From a virus: a stretch of DNA of 41,262 nucleotides. A program made the translations under genes and the position numbers. Numbering within the stretch: position 1 is the first letter of the stretch; every line of letters begins with the position of its first letter. Below the pieces are notes generated by a model. It did not search any database. It had not been told where the DNA came from and saw nothing but the letters and a program-made list of their open reading frames with translations. Of this stretch, positions 1 to 8,198 are shown in pieces. The stretch lies in the IMG/VR virus record IMGVR_UViG_3300017691_000003, positions 1-41,262 of that record, one strand, 5' to 3'.

Positions 1-123
1 AAGCGGGTAACGATATAGCGATCAATTTTGCGGACGCGGTATTCTACGAACATATCAATCTCCATAGCGACCGACGCATCGGTCTAATGAACACTGCGGT
101 TTGCAGCCCTTGAACTATACCAC
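1..123. repeat. Terminal direct repeat, left copy (identical to 41140..41262)
   Basis: Compared base by base: aagcgggtaacgatatagcg...ttgaactataccac occurs at both ends. Bases 1-53/65 duplicate the 5' end of the minus-strand gene 40932..41192, and bases 114-119 duplicate its -10 box. It therefore looks like a circular-assembly overlap. Unique length is 41139 bp. Confidence 0.9.
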
Positions 124-141
124 ACCCGCGACTCGGGTCAA
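114..141 (-). promoter_or_regulatory. Sigma70-type promoter: TTGACC - 16 nt - TGgTATAGT (extended -10)
   Basis: Minus strand reads gctTTGACCcgagtcgcgggtgTGgTATAGTtcaagg. The -35 box (141..136) overlaps the TGA stop of the o-spanin. The -10 box is at 119..114. It points at the small gene whose ATG is at 53 (=41192). Confidence 0.55.
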
Positions 142-392
142 AGCCCCGCCGCCCAATCCCGCACCCATCCCAGCGCCGTTCGACAGTCCTGCCCCGCGCT
201 CGCCAAGTCCGCGATATACCCCGCCACGCTAGCGTCGGTGTACGTAGCCGGAACAGCCGGCTCAGCGCGGCACGTCAGGCGCTCAACGGGCGGCTTCACC
301 GCGACGATTCTCGGCTTGTTGCTGACGCAGCCTGTCGAGCACAGCAGCAGTACCGGGACCGACAGCGCGGTCATCCCCCTTGCGGACTTCAT
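138..392 (-). CDS. o-spanin (Rz1-like outer-membrane lipoprotein)
   Basis: N-terminal signal MKSARGMTALSVPVLLLCSTGC with a lipobox-like STGC. The mature part is Pro-rich. It starts inside the i-spanin gene and extends past its end (overlapped spanin architecture), and is the last gene of the lysis cassette. Confidence 0.7.
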   Translation of the reverse strand: MKSARGMTALSVPVLLLCSTGCVSNKPRIVAVKPPVERLTCRAEPAVPATYTDASVAGYIADLASAGQDCRTALGWVRDWAAGL

Positions 393-675
393 GGTGTAGC
401 TCCTCGTCGTTGATCGTGTCGTTGCGCACCTGCTCGACCATGTTGGCGCTGGCCATGGCCTCGGCGCGGGCGGCGATGGTGTTAGCTTCGGCGGCGGAGA
501 GGGCGCGGTCGCCTTGGACGGCTTCGGTGCGCTCGTTGTTTATCCACCATCTAATAAAAGCTACACCGGCAGCGGCAATGGCAAGCGATACTACCACGAC
601 CGCAACCCATGCGGCAGCCCGCTGAAGCCGTTCCGGTACGCCTACGCGAGCCGCGACGGAGACGAGCCAAAGCAT
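283..675 (-). CDS. i-spanin (Rz-like, N-terminal TMD plus coiled coil)
   Basis: TMD AAWVAVVVVSLAIAAAGVAFIRWW followed by a charged Ala/Glu/Arg-rich helical region. TAATG junction with the upstream membrane-protein gene. The o-spanin ORF is nested in a different frame. Confidence 0.7.
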   Translation of the reverse strand: MLWLVSVAARVGVPERLQRAAAWVAVVVVSLAIAAAGVAFIRWWINNERTEAVQGDRALSAAEANTIAARAEAMASANMVEQVRNDTINDEELHHEVRKGDDRAVGPGTAAVLDRLRQQQAENRRGEAAR

Positions 676-911
676 TACCCGTTACCCTTATCAGGGTTCA
701 CGTTCACGTCTCCGGTAGTCGTTGCCGCCGTGGGCGTACTACGCGGTCGGAAGGTGCCGAGAACACCAATCAGGCCAGTCATGACGCCGCCGATGCCGAT
801 TGCCTCGACGCTCTTGCTGAAGGCGAGGCAGACGCACGCTGCGACGAACAGCACCACGATAGCGCCTAGCGTTGCCAAGAACGCAATCAGGGTATGCTTG
901 TCCTCAGTCAT
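675..911 (-). CDS. Small 2-TMD membrane protein, holin candidate
   Basis: 78 aa with TMDs TLIAFLATLGAIVVLFVAACVCLAF and AIGIGGVMTGLIGVLGTF. Lies between the endolysin and the spanins. 4-nt overlap with the endolysin stop. Confidence 0.6.
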   Translation of the reverse strand: MTEDKHTLIAFLATLGAIVVLFVAACVCLAFSKSVEAIGIGGVMTGLIGVLGTFRPRSTPTAATTTGDVNVNPDKGNG

Positions 912-1492
912 AGCAGCAAGTCCTTGGCTTTCTGGAGATACCGCTTACGATCCTCCAAGCCGTTGACGCCGCCGTTGATTTTCTTGGTGATCCCCAACAC
1001 GTCGTCCGCATCGGCAAGCGCGTTCAAGCCCTTCGTTTTCCAATACTCGCACGCGACGTGCAGCCCGATCGACGGCACGGCGACAATCTCCGGATGGTCC
1101 TCAAAACCGATGCCTACAGCACGCCCATAGGCCCGATAGTTAGCGCGGCCAGTAAGTTGGATGGGACCGCGCCCTTTGTACCGCTTGCCGTCGCCTGAGA
1201 CTGTGTTGCCGAGATTGGCCCGTCCCTCATACGCCTGCCCGCTGGCAATCTCTTCCATGTACCGGAAACCACCGCTCTCATGCGAAAGCTGGGCCATGAA
1301 GTGTGCCAGGCGGAGGGGGTTGTCGAACAACCCGTAATTTCGGAAATGCACGTTCGCTGCCAGCGCCAACTCCGCTGCGCGTTCGGGACCAGCGCCGAAG
1401 TAGGCGAACATTGCCGCTAGCGTACCACGGCCGACAATGCCATCAGCGGCGACCTTCAGGCGACCCTGTACGCGGCTCCATACGATGGTCAC
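908..1492 (-). CDS. Endolysin, glycoside hydrolase family 19 (chitinase-like)
   Basis: Motifs AHFMAQLSHESGGFRYMEE, KGRGPIQLTGRANY and ITKKINGG are typical GH19 phage lysin signatures. No N-terminal signal or SAR segment was seen. Confidence 0.85.
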   Translation of the reverse strand: MTIVWSRVQGRLKVAADGIVGRGTLAAMFAYFGAGPERAAELALAANVHFRNYGLFDNPLRLAHFMAQLSHESGGFRYMEEIASGQAYEGRANLGNTVSGDGKRYKGRGPIQLTGRANYRAYGRAVGIGFEDHPEIVAVPSIGLHVACEYWKTKGLNALADADDVLGITKKINGGVNGLEDRKRYLQKAKDLLL

Positions 1493-1812
1493 ATCTTTCT
1501 CCCCATAGCACGGTGGTAGCGGATAGCGGCACGCTTAGCTCGCCATGCATTGATCTCGTGCTTGTAGTCCCGGTAGGTACGCCCGGCGATAAACATGAAC
1601 GCGCCGTACGTGATGAGCGTAGTGGACCAATCTAGGAAGGGGCTATGCGCCATGTCCCATATCACAGGGACCGTCAGCAAAGAGCCTCCGCCCATAATCC
1701 CTAGGCCAGCCCGCTCGACCTTGTTCAGAGTCTCACCAAACCGCGTCACCTTCACAGCGATGACCAAGGTCAGCATAATGCGACCGATCGAGTTGATGAT
1801 GTCCCACGTCAT
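1489..1812 (-). CDS. Membrane protein (about 3 TMD), holin/antiholin candidate
   Basis: 107 aa with hydrophobic segments IGRIMLTLVIAV, GLGIMGGGSLLTVPVIW and TTLITYGAFMFIAG, and a basic C-terminal tail. ATGA-type overlaps on both sides. Confidence 0.55.
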   Translation of the reverse strand: MTWDIINSIGRIMLTLVIAVKVTRFGETLNKVERAGLGIMGGGSLLTVPVIWDMAHSPFLDWSTTLITYGAFMFIAGRTYRDYKHEINAWRAKRAAIRYHRAMGRKM

Positions 1813-2132
1813 TCGGATTCCTCCGTGCCAAACACCTTCTCTAGCCAGCGCTTCCCGGCTCGGATGATGATGGGCAGGAAGACGTTAGCACCTGTTGCGC
1901 CGATATAGGTGAAAAAGCACAGGGCACGCAATTCGCCAAGCTCGACACCCCCCAGTGTCCCAACGAGATACGGCACGCCAAACGTCGCAAACGCCGAACC
2001 GACGAATAGCGTCATGCATATCTCAGTCCAACGCATCGTCTTCCACGGCAGGAACGATAGAGCGGTCACCGCACCTGCCAACGAAGCGATTGCCCCGTAA
2101 AAGAGGTTCGTGTGATCGCTGTTCATGGTCAT
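1809..2132 (-). CDS. Membrane protein (about 3 TMD), holin-like
   Basis: 107 aa with segments LFYGAIASLAGAVTALSFL, ICMTLFVGSAFATFGVPYLVGTL and CFFTYIGATGANVFLPIII, and a charged C-terminus. Confidence 0.5.
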   Translation of the reverse strand: MTMNSDHTNLFYGAIASLAGAVTALSFLPWKTMRWTEICMTLFVGSAFATFGVPYLVGTLGGVELGELRALCFFTYIGATGANVFLPIIIRAGKRWLEKVFGTEESE

Positions 2133-2594
2133 TTACGCGCCCGCCACAGCGCCGCTATGTGAGGCCACGTATAGATGAAACCGACGTAGCTTACGCAGGC
2201 AATTAGAGGCCAAATCATCGACACCCCCCGTCCAACATAGCGCCGCCAAAGCCGCGACGAAGCTAAAGTTCATGACGTGGAAGAACGCTACCTCGCCCAC
2301 CGCCCCCGCACCAGGATAGAGAGTGTATAGCCCAATCCTGCATCCCATGATAGTTGCGAACCCAACCTGCCAGCGCTCGCGCTCGAACCACCAAGCAACA
2401 TAAGCAGCTATAGCAGCAGGAAGCTCGACAAGCGACATAAACGGCACAATACTACCAATATGGGCGAGATTGGCCGAGGCCCATATCGAGACCATCATCC
2501 ATGAGAACAAAACCGCCAACAGCCTTTCGGTCGCAGCAGTGAATATGACCGTCCCCGCGCAGGCGACGCCAAGCACAAGGACGGCAATATGCAT
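2133..2594 (-). CDS. Polytopic membrane protein (about 5 TMD), function unknown
   Basis: 153 aa, almost entirely hydrophobic helices. TAATG junction with the upstream micro-ORF. Sits at the head of the lysis block. Confidence 0.6.
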   Translation of the reverse strand: MHIAVLVLGVACAGTVIFTAATERLLAVLFSWMMVSIWASANLAHIGSIVPFMSLVELPAAIAAYVAWWFERERWQVGFATIMGCRIGLYTLYPGAGAVGEVAFFHVMNFSFVAALAALCWTGGVDDLASNCLRKLRRFHLYVASHSGAVAGA

Positions 2595-2680
2595 TAGCCC
2601 GGAACGTTCGGCGGAGTCGGCGTCGGGGTGGGCGTAGGAGTAGGGGTTGGCGTTGGCGGATACTGATCGTCAAACATCAT
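2594..2680 (-). CDS. 28-aa micro-ORF with (Pro-Thr)x7 repeat
   Basis: Hand translation: MMFDDQYPPTPTPTPTPTPTPTPPNVPG*. SD AGGAGA lies 3 nt (first ATG, 2680) or 6 nt (second ATG, 2677) upstream. Stop/start TAATG with the next gene. Below the ORF-track size cut-off. Confidence 0.35.
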   Translation of the reverse strand: MMFDDQYPPTPTPTPTPTPTPTPPNVPG

Positions 2681-2732
2681 TCGTCTCCTAACCGGAAAGC
2701 GCCGGTTGTCGCATCTGAGATAAAGTGGATGG

Positions 2733-2933
2733 TCACGAGGCAGCTTCGCTTATGGGAGAAGGTTGCTTCCATGAACCTCCGACCTTTCTCCACCCGACGC
2801 CAACCTCCGCAGGCAGCGTTTCTGCTTCGACCAGCGTCACACCTGTGGCTGGGCGATAGGTTGCCGTCTCGTCCCACCGGCCCTCAAAAACGATCACGTC
2901 GTCTTTGATGCCGAGATAGTTTTTGAAATTCAT
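2733..2933 (-). CDS. Small protein downstream of the fiber, possible tail-fiber assembly/chaperone
   Basis: 66 aa, ATGA overlap with the fiber stop. The C-terminal GVGWRKVGGSWKQP resembles the W..G.W..P motif of Tfa-like proteins (weak). Confidence 0.4.
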   Translation of the reverse strand: MNFKNYLGIKDDVIVFEGRWDETATYRPATGVTLVEAETLPAEVGVGWRKVGGSWKQPSPISEAAS

Positions 2934-4228
2934 GCTGTTTGCTCCACTACCACAACGCGGTCGGTTGCAGTCGTATCATCGGGGTCAATGAGGATACCGG
3001 TGTTGGCAGCTAGCGTGTAGGATACGTAGTTGGATTGCCGTGTAATTGTCACACCGCCAACGCTGTAGTTTGCTGGATCGGCTTGGGTGGACGCAGCAAC
3101 ATACACCGGAACATCAGCGCCCGAGTAGACCTTAATCCGTACGGTCATGGCTACTGGCGTAAAGAAAATCTCTGTTTTGCGCGAGCCGTTGCGATAAAAG
3201 ATATTGTAGCTGTCTACACGAAACGATCCGCCTCCTCCGGATGGAGGAGCGGCAAAGCTCCCGTCCCCTCTATAAAATGTAGTGGTGCCACCTGGTAGCT
3301 GAGGGACGAGCCCTTTGGCTGACGTAGATGCAACATTAAGGAGGGCTGTCGCCTGTGTTGCCGACAAGTCCTCTACATTGCCAGTGCCAGCGGTGGTGCG
3401 CCCTTTGAAGCTAGCGGTCGCGATCTGCGCTAGCTTGGCGTTGGTAACTCCGTTGTCCGCAAGCGATATTGTAGGCGTCGTGGTGTTACCGTTCGATACG
3501 ATCGGTGCCGTTCCGCTTACTGAGGTAACTGTACCCGTTCCACCGCCGCCGCCAGTGATTGTCGCTGTGGCAACAGCGGTAATCCGGCCTTTGCCATCAA
3601 CCGTAAGAACGGGAACAGCGGTGCTACTTCCGAAAGTGCCGACGTTGGCATTAACTGTTGCGAGTGTCAGCCCCGCGCTCGTGTTCGCGCTGCCATCGGT
3701 TGACAGTGATCCCGTTGCGTCGCCGGTGAACGACAGCGTACGCGAAGCAGGCCAGTTGGCCGTCACCGTGATCGCCGCAGTCCCGTCGAACGCCTGGTCG
3801 TTGATGGCGCGTGCCGTGGTCAGCTTAGCAGCCGAGCCGGTGATTGACGTAATATCCGTGTTCGCGCCGCTCTTGGCTGCGTTCACCGCCGCCCGGACGG
3901 ATGCGTCATCTGCCGTCGTCAGTAGACTGCGCCCAAACGCTTGCGTAGCCAGCGCCGCGATAGCCGTCAGATCGGAATCGAGCGGTTGTGCGTCGGTGAT
4001 GCCATACCCTGCGACTGTGGTAGGCTTTGCGGAAAGCGAGGCGAAGGTGATGGCGGGAAGCCGCGCCAATGCGACCGTCCCCGTAAGGTTCTCTGCCGCC
4101 AGATAGTAGCTTCCCGGCTGCCCCTCCAAAGTGCTGGCATTGCCTGAAGGGCCACCGCTGAAAACCGCACGGATTGCCCCGATATTCTGCCCCAGCCACA
4201 TGGCGTCCGAAATTGGAGTTTCAGCCAT
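2930..4228 (-). CDS. Tail fiber protein
   Basis: Gly/Thr/Ser/Ala-rich with fiber-like segments (TVDGKGRITAVATATITGGGG, GTVTSVSGTAPIVSNG, GLVPQLPGGTTTFYRGDGSF). Start set to ATG 4228 (MAETPISD), 4 nt after the upstream stop. The track start 4297 would overlap the upstream gene by 77 nt. Confidence 0.75.
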   Translation of the reverse strand: MAETPISDAMWLGQNIGAIRAVFSGGPSGNASTLEGQPGSYYLAAENLTGTVALARLPAITFASLSAKPTTVAGYGITDAQPLDSDLTAIAALATQAFGRSLLTTADDASVRAAVNAAKSGANTDITSITGSAAKLTTARAINDQAFDGTAAITVTANWPASRTLSFTGDATGSLSTDGSANTSAGLTLATVNANVGTFGSSTAVPVLTVDGKGRITAVATATITGGGGGTGTVTSVSGTAPIVSNGNTTTPTISLADNGVTNAKLAQIATASFKGRTTAGTGNVEDLSATQATALLNVASTSAKGLVPQLPGGTTTFYRGDGSFAAPPSGGGGSFRVDSYNIFYRNGSRKTEIFFTPVAMTVRIKVYSGADVPVYVAASTQADPANYSVGGVTITRQSNYVSYTLAANTGILIDPDDTTATDRVVVVEQTA

Positions 4229-4550
4229 TTGCGGCGTCCTCGTAAGAAATGAAGCGGCCGGTTTCGGGGTCGCGAGGCTGCTCAGTTGGTCGATCAAAGC
4301 CGGGGATTACGCGTGTGCCCCAGTCCAGCGTGGTCGTAACCATCACCTCGACACCGCGATACCACCACTGACGCATGAACGGATCGGCTGGAACGAGAGG
4401 AGGGGCATCTTCGCCCGGCTCGGGCTGCTCTTGTTCATCGGCGTAAGCGCGCACCGCCGCCATCGTAACATCGTCACCCCATGCGCGAATGCCAGCGGGG
4501 AGAGTATTAGGTATCAGGGCGTCAATGGCTTGAAGGATGGTCGGTTTCAT
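4221..4550 (-). CDS. Hypothetical protein (tail module)
   Basis: 109-aa ORF in the operon frame between the tailspike-like gene and the fiber. No motif recognised. Confidence 0.6.
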   Translation of the reverse strand: MKPTILQAIDALIPNTLPAGIRAWGDDVTMAAVRAYADEQEQPEPGEDAPPLVPADPFMRQWWYRGVEVMVTTTLDWGTRVIPGFDRPTEQPRDPETGRFISYEDAANG

Positions 4551-4553
4551 CGA

Positions 4554-7319
4554 TTATACCCCCGTAATCAGGACGCGTTCGCCCGCCGTCATGATGAGGA
4601 TGCACGGGAACGCAGTCGCAGCGCCGCTGCCGGACGAGTAAAAGGTCTCGCCATTCAGCGTGACTGATATGGAATTCCCAAAGCCGTTGCCGCGAAACGA
4701 TACCGTTGCTTCATCGCCGTATTTGTAGGTCCGAGAGCCCGCCGGTCCGCCCGAGGCAATTGCCACCGCTTTGCCGAGCACACCGCCTGTCGTGTCACCG
4801 AACCATAGTCCAACGATCAGGTTAGCAGCTGATGTTGGTGCATCAGTGTTGGCAAAACCGACATACACGGTTTGACTACCGGAGAATGGCGCGCGGAACG
4901 TGAAGTTGCCTGCCCCGGCGGATGGTAGCACGCGGCGAGCGTTAGCAGCCGTAGCGCGAAGCAAACCCGGCTTCTCTTCGACCATGTTAGTCGCCGATCC
5001 GCCCGCACCGGCAAGGTTATATCCGACCGGGTCCACGAAGCCGGCAATCTGCTCCTGCTGTATCATGACCGGCGCGCCGCTTGTGTTGGTCGCTACAGAG
5101 CGGATAATACGTGGGCTGCCCGGCTCCAGTCCGGCAAACGTCGGCCATTCCTGGCCAGCGACGAACGATCCGTCAGTGGGAATGCTCTTCAACGGTGTAC
5201 CTGGCGCATTCCACCGCAAATTGACGTTGCCGTTGTATTGCGTGCCACGTTCGTTGATCGTTCCGGCTCGCACGTCTGCGCCGATGTCGACGTATTCCGC
5301 AAACGCCATGCCCGCGCCAAACTCGTTCCCGTCAAGTGTCAGCCCCCGCGTCACCCCGCCAGGAATATGCCGGATGCCGATCAGGTTGTCAGCGCCGAGG
5401 ATGCGCAGCCCTTTCCGCGACCCGCCGTCCCAACCACGGTTCTCAATCACAACGCCCGAGGCAGTGCCGCAACGGATCATCTCACCCGACACGTGAAGAT
5501 CGCCCGCGCTCAGTCCGAAGTACCCGACGAACGATGCCTTCGGGCAGTCGGTCGCGTGGACAACGAACTTGCCGCCGCCGCTCAGAACCTCAATTGCTCG
5601 ATCAGACTTGTCCGTCCAGACCTCCACGTCGATACCATAGGGAACGACGGGATTAGCCTTAGTCTGCGAAATGAACCCATGCAGGCATCGGAAGTGCGTT
5701 ACCCGCCGCTTGAAGTTCTGACATGGATTGGGGAAAGAGCCGTTCTCGGGAAGGAACAACGCGCCCGGCGATCCACAATCCTCCGCGTAGATCGTGACAT
5801 CGCTGTTGCGATAGATCGGGTCGTCGGTGAACGAGGCGTTCGGCTCGGAATCGTGGACGCCCGGAGCGCCGACGCCCGTGTACGGGTCCATGTCATCGTT
5901 TGCGTCAGGCCCGCCCGGTTTGGAGAAGCGACGCGCCCAGATAGTACCCTTCTCACCATCCAGATCGATGCCGGTGAACACGTTCCGGTTATTCATGTTG
6001 TAGCCGTCAGCGATCAGGTGGTACTCAGTCCGCTTGTTATGCGCGTTCCGGGTTCCACCACCTAGCGACGTGGCACCATTATAGAGCAAATCGGAGCGAC
6101 AGCCGAACGAGCGCGCTTCAACGTAAAGGTCCGTCGATCCGCTGATCTGGATGTCGTTAGCCTGCTGGCTATACCCGCGCCAGTGATTCTCCCCGATGAA
6201 GGCGGGATAGCCCTCAACGCGGTTACCAACGAACACATCAGATTGCGTGCTGATGCCAGTGGTGGAATCGGTGCTCTCGGCCGTAGGGATAGGCTCAGCG
6301 CACAGAATGAACGGGCGCATGGTAACGCGAGGCGGGCGACGGAAACGAACCTGATAGCTCGCGCGGATAACTACACCCGAAAGCCAGTTGCCAGGGTCGC
6401 TAAGATTGGGGATGATCGGGCTGTTAGGAAAATCGTCAGGGACGATTCCGTTAACCGACCAGCTATCGAGAAGCCAATCGCCAACCCGAGCATTCATCTC
6501 GGGGTCGGCGGGATCGTTCGCGTCAGTCAGCTGCGGGACCGGTGAGCCATCGGGCTTGAGCAAAACGAGCTGGCCCGAACCAGCAAGCGGTCGGAAACGT
6601 AGCGCCTTGCCGAAATTAGGGCTGTCAGGATCGGTTACATCCAACTGAGCATTTTTGAAGCGCGTGTTGTCATGGTCAAGGCGATCGGGGTCATCGCTAA
6701 TCGTCGTACCCGGATACCCGGCTACATCAACTTCATCGGAACCGACTGCACCGCCGCCTGCGCTTCCCCCGATTTGGGGCTGGCCAATCACAACGACGAC
6801 AACCCCGGCGGGCTGAGCAGACGTGAACACGATGCCAGCCGAACCACCATCGTAGGTATAATCAATGCCAGGAGCGATGATCGCCCCGTTCAGCGAGACA
6901 TCAACAACCGAGATAGTCGCGTTGAATTCGGCCCCTTTGATGTCGAGAATCGGCCCAGTCTCGGGAAAACGCGTCTGTCCTGCGATCGTCGTTCCAGAAG
7001 CTACCTGAGCAAGAGGCGCATCCTTGCCCGGCTCTCCCTGTTCACCCGTCTCAAATGAAGCTTGGCGGATAGTTTCGTACAACGTGCCGTCAGGTCCGGA
7101 GATCAGGATGTCGTAAGTGCCATTCTCCACGAACAGGCTGACGTTGCCCTGCGAATTGGTCAGTGCGACGTTATCAATCCGAGACACCGCAGCAATCGGC
7201 GTCCCGCTCTGATCGGCGTAGATCGGGACCACGGCGTTGTCGGCGGTGCGCAGCGCAACACGAAACCCGACGAGGCTATCGCCGCTAGTGTTCGTAATGG
7301 CTTCGAAGAAATGGTACAT
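4554..7319 (-). CDS. Large tail protein, tailspike-like (possible beta-helix depolymerase domain)
   Basis: 921 aa. The central region has short Gly/Asn/Ile-rich turns (IENRGWDGG, LGADNLIGIRHIPGG, LTLDGNEFGAG) compatible with a right-handed beta-helix. Position is between internal virion proteins and the fiber. The fold was not verified. Confidence 0.5.
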   Translation of the reverse strand: MYHFFEAITNTSGDSLVGFRVALRTADNAVVPIYADQSGTPIAAVSRIDNVALTNSQGNVSLFVENGTYDILISGPDGTLYETIRQASFETGEQGEPGKDAPLAQVASGTTIAGQTRFPETGPILDIKGAEFNATISVVDVSLNGAIIAPGIDYTYDGGSAGIVFTSAQPAGVVVVVIGQPQIGGSAGGGAVGSDEVDVAGYPGTTISDDPDRLDHDNTRFKNAQLDVTDPDSPNFGKALRFRPLAGSGQLVLLKPDGSPVPQLTDANDPADPEMNARVGDWLLDSWSVNGIVPDDFPNSPIIPNLSDPGNWLSGVVIRASYQVRFRRPPRVTMRPFILCAEPIPTAESTDSTTGISTQSDVFVGNRVEGYPAFIGENHWRGYSQQANDIQISGSTDLYVEARSFGCRSDLLYNGATSLGGGTRNAHNKRTEYHLIADGYNMNNRNVFTGIDLDGEKGTIWARRFSKPGGPDANDDMDPYTGVGAPGVHDSEPNASFTDDPIYRNSDVTIYAEDCGSPGALFLPENGSFPNPCQNFKRRVTHFRCLHGFISQTKANPVVPYGIDVEVWTDKSDRAIEVLSGGGKFVVHATDCPKASFVGYFGLSAGDLHVSGEMIRCGTASGVVIENRGWDGGSRKGLRILGADNLIGIRHIPGGVTRGLTLDGNEFGAGMAFAEYVDIGADVRAGTINERGTQYNGNVNLRWNAPGTPLKSIPTDGSFVAGQEWPTFAGLEPGSPRIIRSVATNTSGAPVMIQQEQIAGFVDPVGYNLAGAGGSATNMVEEKPGLLRATAANARRVLPSAGAGNFTFRAPFSGSQTVYVGFANTDAPTSAANLIVGLWFGDTTGGVLGKAVAIASGGPAGSRTYKYGDEATVSFRGNGFGNSISVTLNGETFYSSGSGAATAFPCILIMTAGERVLITGV

Positions 7320-7327
7320 CAGACCGC

Positions 7328-7768
7328 CTATTGGTTTGACTGATTGCTGAGATAGTAATCCACCTGCGCCATAGCCGTAAAGCCCCTGCTATCCGTGCAA
7401 GTCACCGTCGCGGTGCCGTTCATTTCCGTGTCACCGTTCAGTGTAGCACGAAACGCCGTAGATGCGCTGTTCGGATTTGTGCTCGTTACGTCAGACGCCC
7501 ACTGATAGGTGAACGGCGGAACCCCACCCGATGGCATGGCCTGCGCATAGTCGGTCGTCACAGTCTGTCGTGTGGGCTTGAACGATGACACGCGTCCTTC
7601 GACAAACGTCGGGCTGACCGAAACCGAAAGAGGCGAGGCAAAGGCCAGGCATGTACGCCACGCATTTCCCCTAAACGTCTCGGCGCGCGTGATCTGACGC
7701 CAAGTCCCATCGATCAGGACTTCGCCGCCTTTGACCGTCCGCCAGGCACCGAGAAACCTAACGTCCAT
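7328..7768 (-). CDS. Tail-associated protein with Ig-like C-terminal domain
   Basis: 146 aa. GGVPPFTYQW...GTATVTCTDSRGF resembles the PYTYxW...vtD.xG Ig-like repeat pattern. Confidence 0.5.
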   Translation of the reverse strand: MDVRFLGAWRTVKGGEVLIDGTWRQITRAETFRGNAWRTCLAFASPLSVSVSPTFVEGRVSSFKPTRQTVTTDYAQAMPSGGVPPFTYQWASDVTSTNPNSASTAFRATLNGDTEMNGTATVTCTDSRGFTAMAQVDYYLSNQSNQ

Positions 7769-8100
7769 CAGCTGTAGTAGAACACGACCGCGCCCTCGGA
7801 TGCGGCAGGACGCCCCGAACCCTCGGCTACAAAGAACACTCGCCCATCAGTCTGAGCCGATCCGGCATGGTGGAGATACCCACCGCGCGTCGAACGCGTA
7901 ATGTCGCCGGTAAACGCACCGCCACTGATCGGCATGGAGTTGTTGGCCGATGGCACCTTGTCGGCCGTATCTCGAATGACAGCGGCAAGGTAGCGAATAG
8001 CGTCGTTAATGCCCCTGGGCGAGCACATCTCAGCAACGTTGGTGCCGCCAACCGTTACGTTCTGATTGGGGTCAGTCGAAAACTCGGATGCGCTAGGCAT
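7768..8100 (-). CDS. Hypothetical tail protein
   Basis: 110-aa ORF, 1-nt overlap with the downstream gene. GINDAIRYLAAVIRD resembles N-terminal segments of fiber/spike proteins (weak). Confidence 0.5.
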   Translation of the reverse strand: MPSASEFSTDPNQNVTVGGTNVAEMCSPRGINDAIRYLAAVIRDTADKVPSANNSMPISGGAFTGDITRSTRGGYLHHAGSAQTDGRVFFVAEGSGRPAASEGAVVFYYS

Positions 8101-8198
8101 ATACGCTACCTTCCATATCGGCTATACGGTGCGACATGCTTGGTGTCACCCTTGGTATAGTGCTCAAAGGCTTCATCTTGGAGCTGTTCCATCAGTGG

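Noticed and set aside
1-123. The 123-bp terminal repeat as a physical direct terminal repeat (T7-style).
   Set aside because: It begins inside a coding sequence and splits a promoter (-10 inside, -35 outside). There is no intergenic context typical of DTRs, so an assembly overlap of a circular or permuted genome is more parsimonious. This cannot be excluded without read data.
3315-4106. Long antisense or alternative-frame ORFs in the track. Examples: 3315..4106(+), 4900..5496(+), 5238..6065(+), 8760..9398(+), 13663..14265(+), 18061..18957(+), 21856..22644(+), 22883..23632(+), 27440..28177(+), 28768..29607(+), 36735..37214(-) and 37760..38374(-).
   Set aside because: They lie opposite or out of frame to well-supported genes. 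Their products are Arg/Pro/Ala/Ser-rich low-complexity strings typical of spurious frames in GC-rich DNA. They lack SDs or coupling junctions.
2930-4228. Diversity-generating retroelement acting on the tail fiber (BPP-1-like phages carry one).
   Set aside because: No reverse-transcriptase-like ORF exists anywhere in the window. I saw no template/variable repeat pair near the 3' end of the fiber or tailspike genes.
8106-8192. 28-aa ORF (MEQLQDEAFEHYTKGDTKHVAPYSRYGR*) in the 98-nt gap after the 838-aa gene.
   Set aside because: It has no SD and no junction coupling. Its 3' end contains the SD of the next gene. It is as likely to be a plain intergenic spacer or promoter region.
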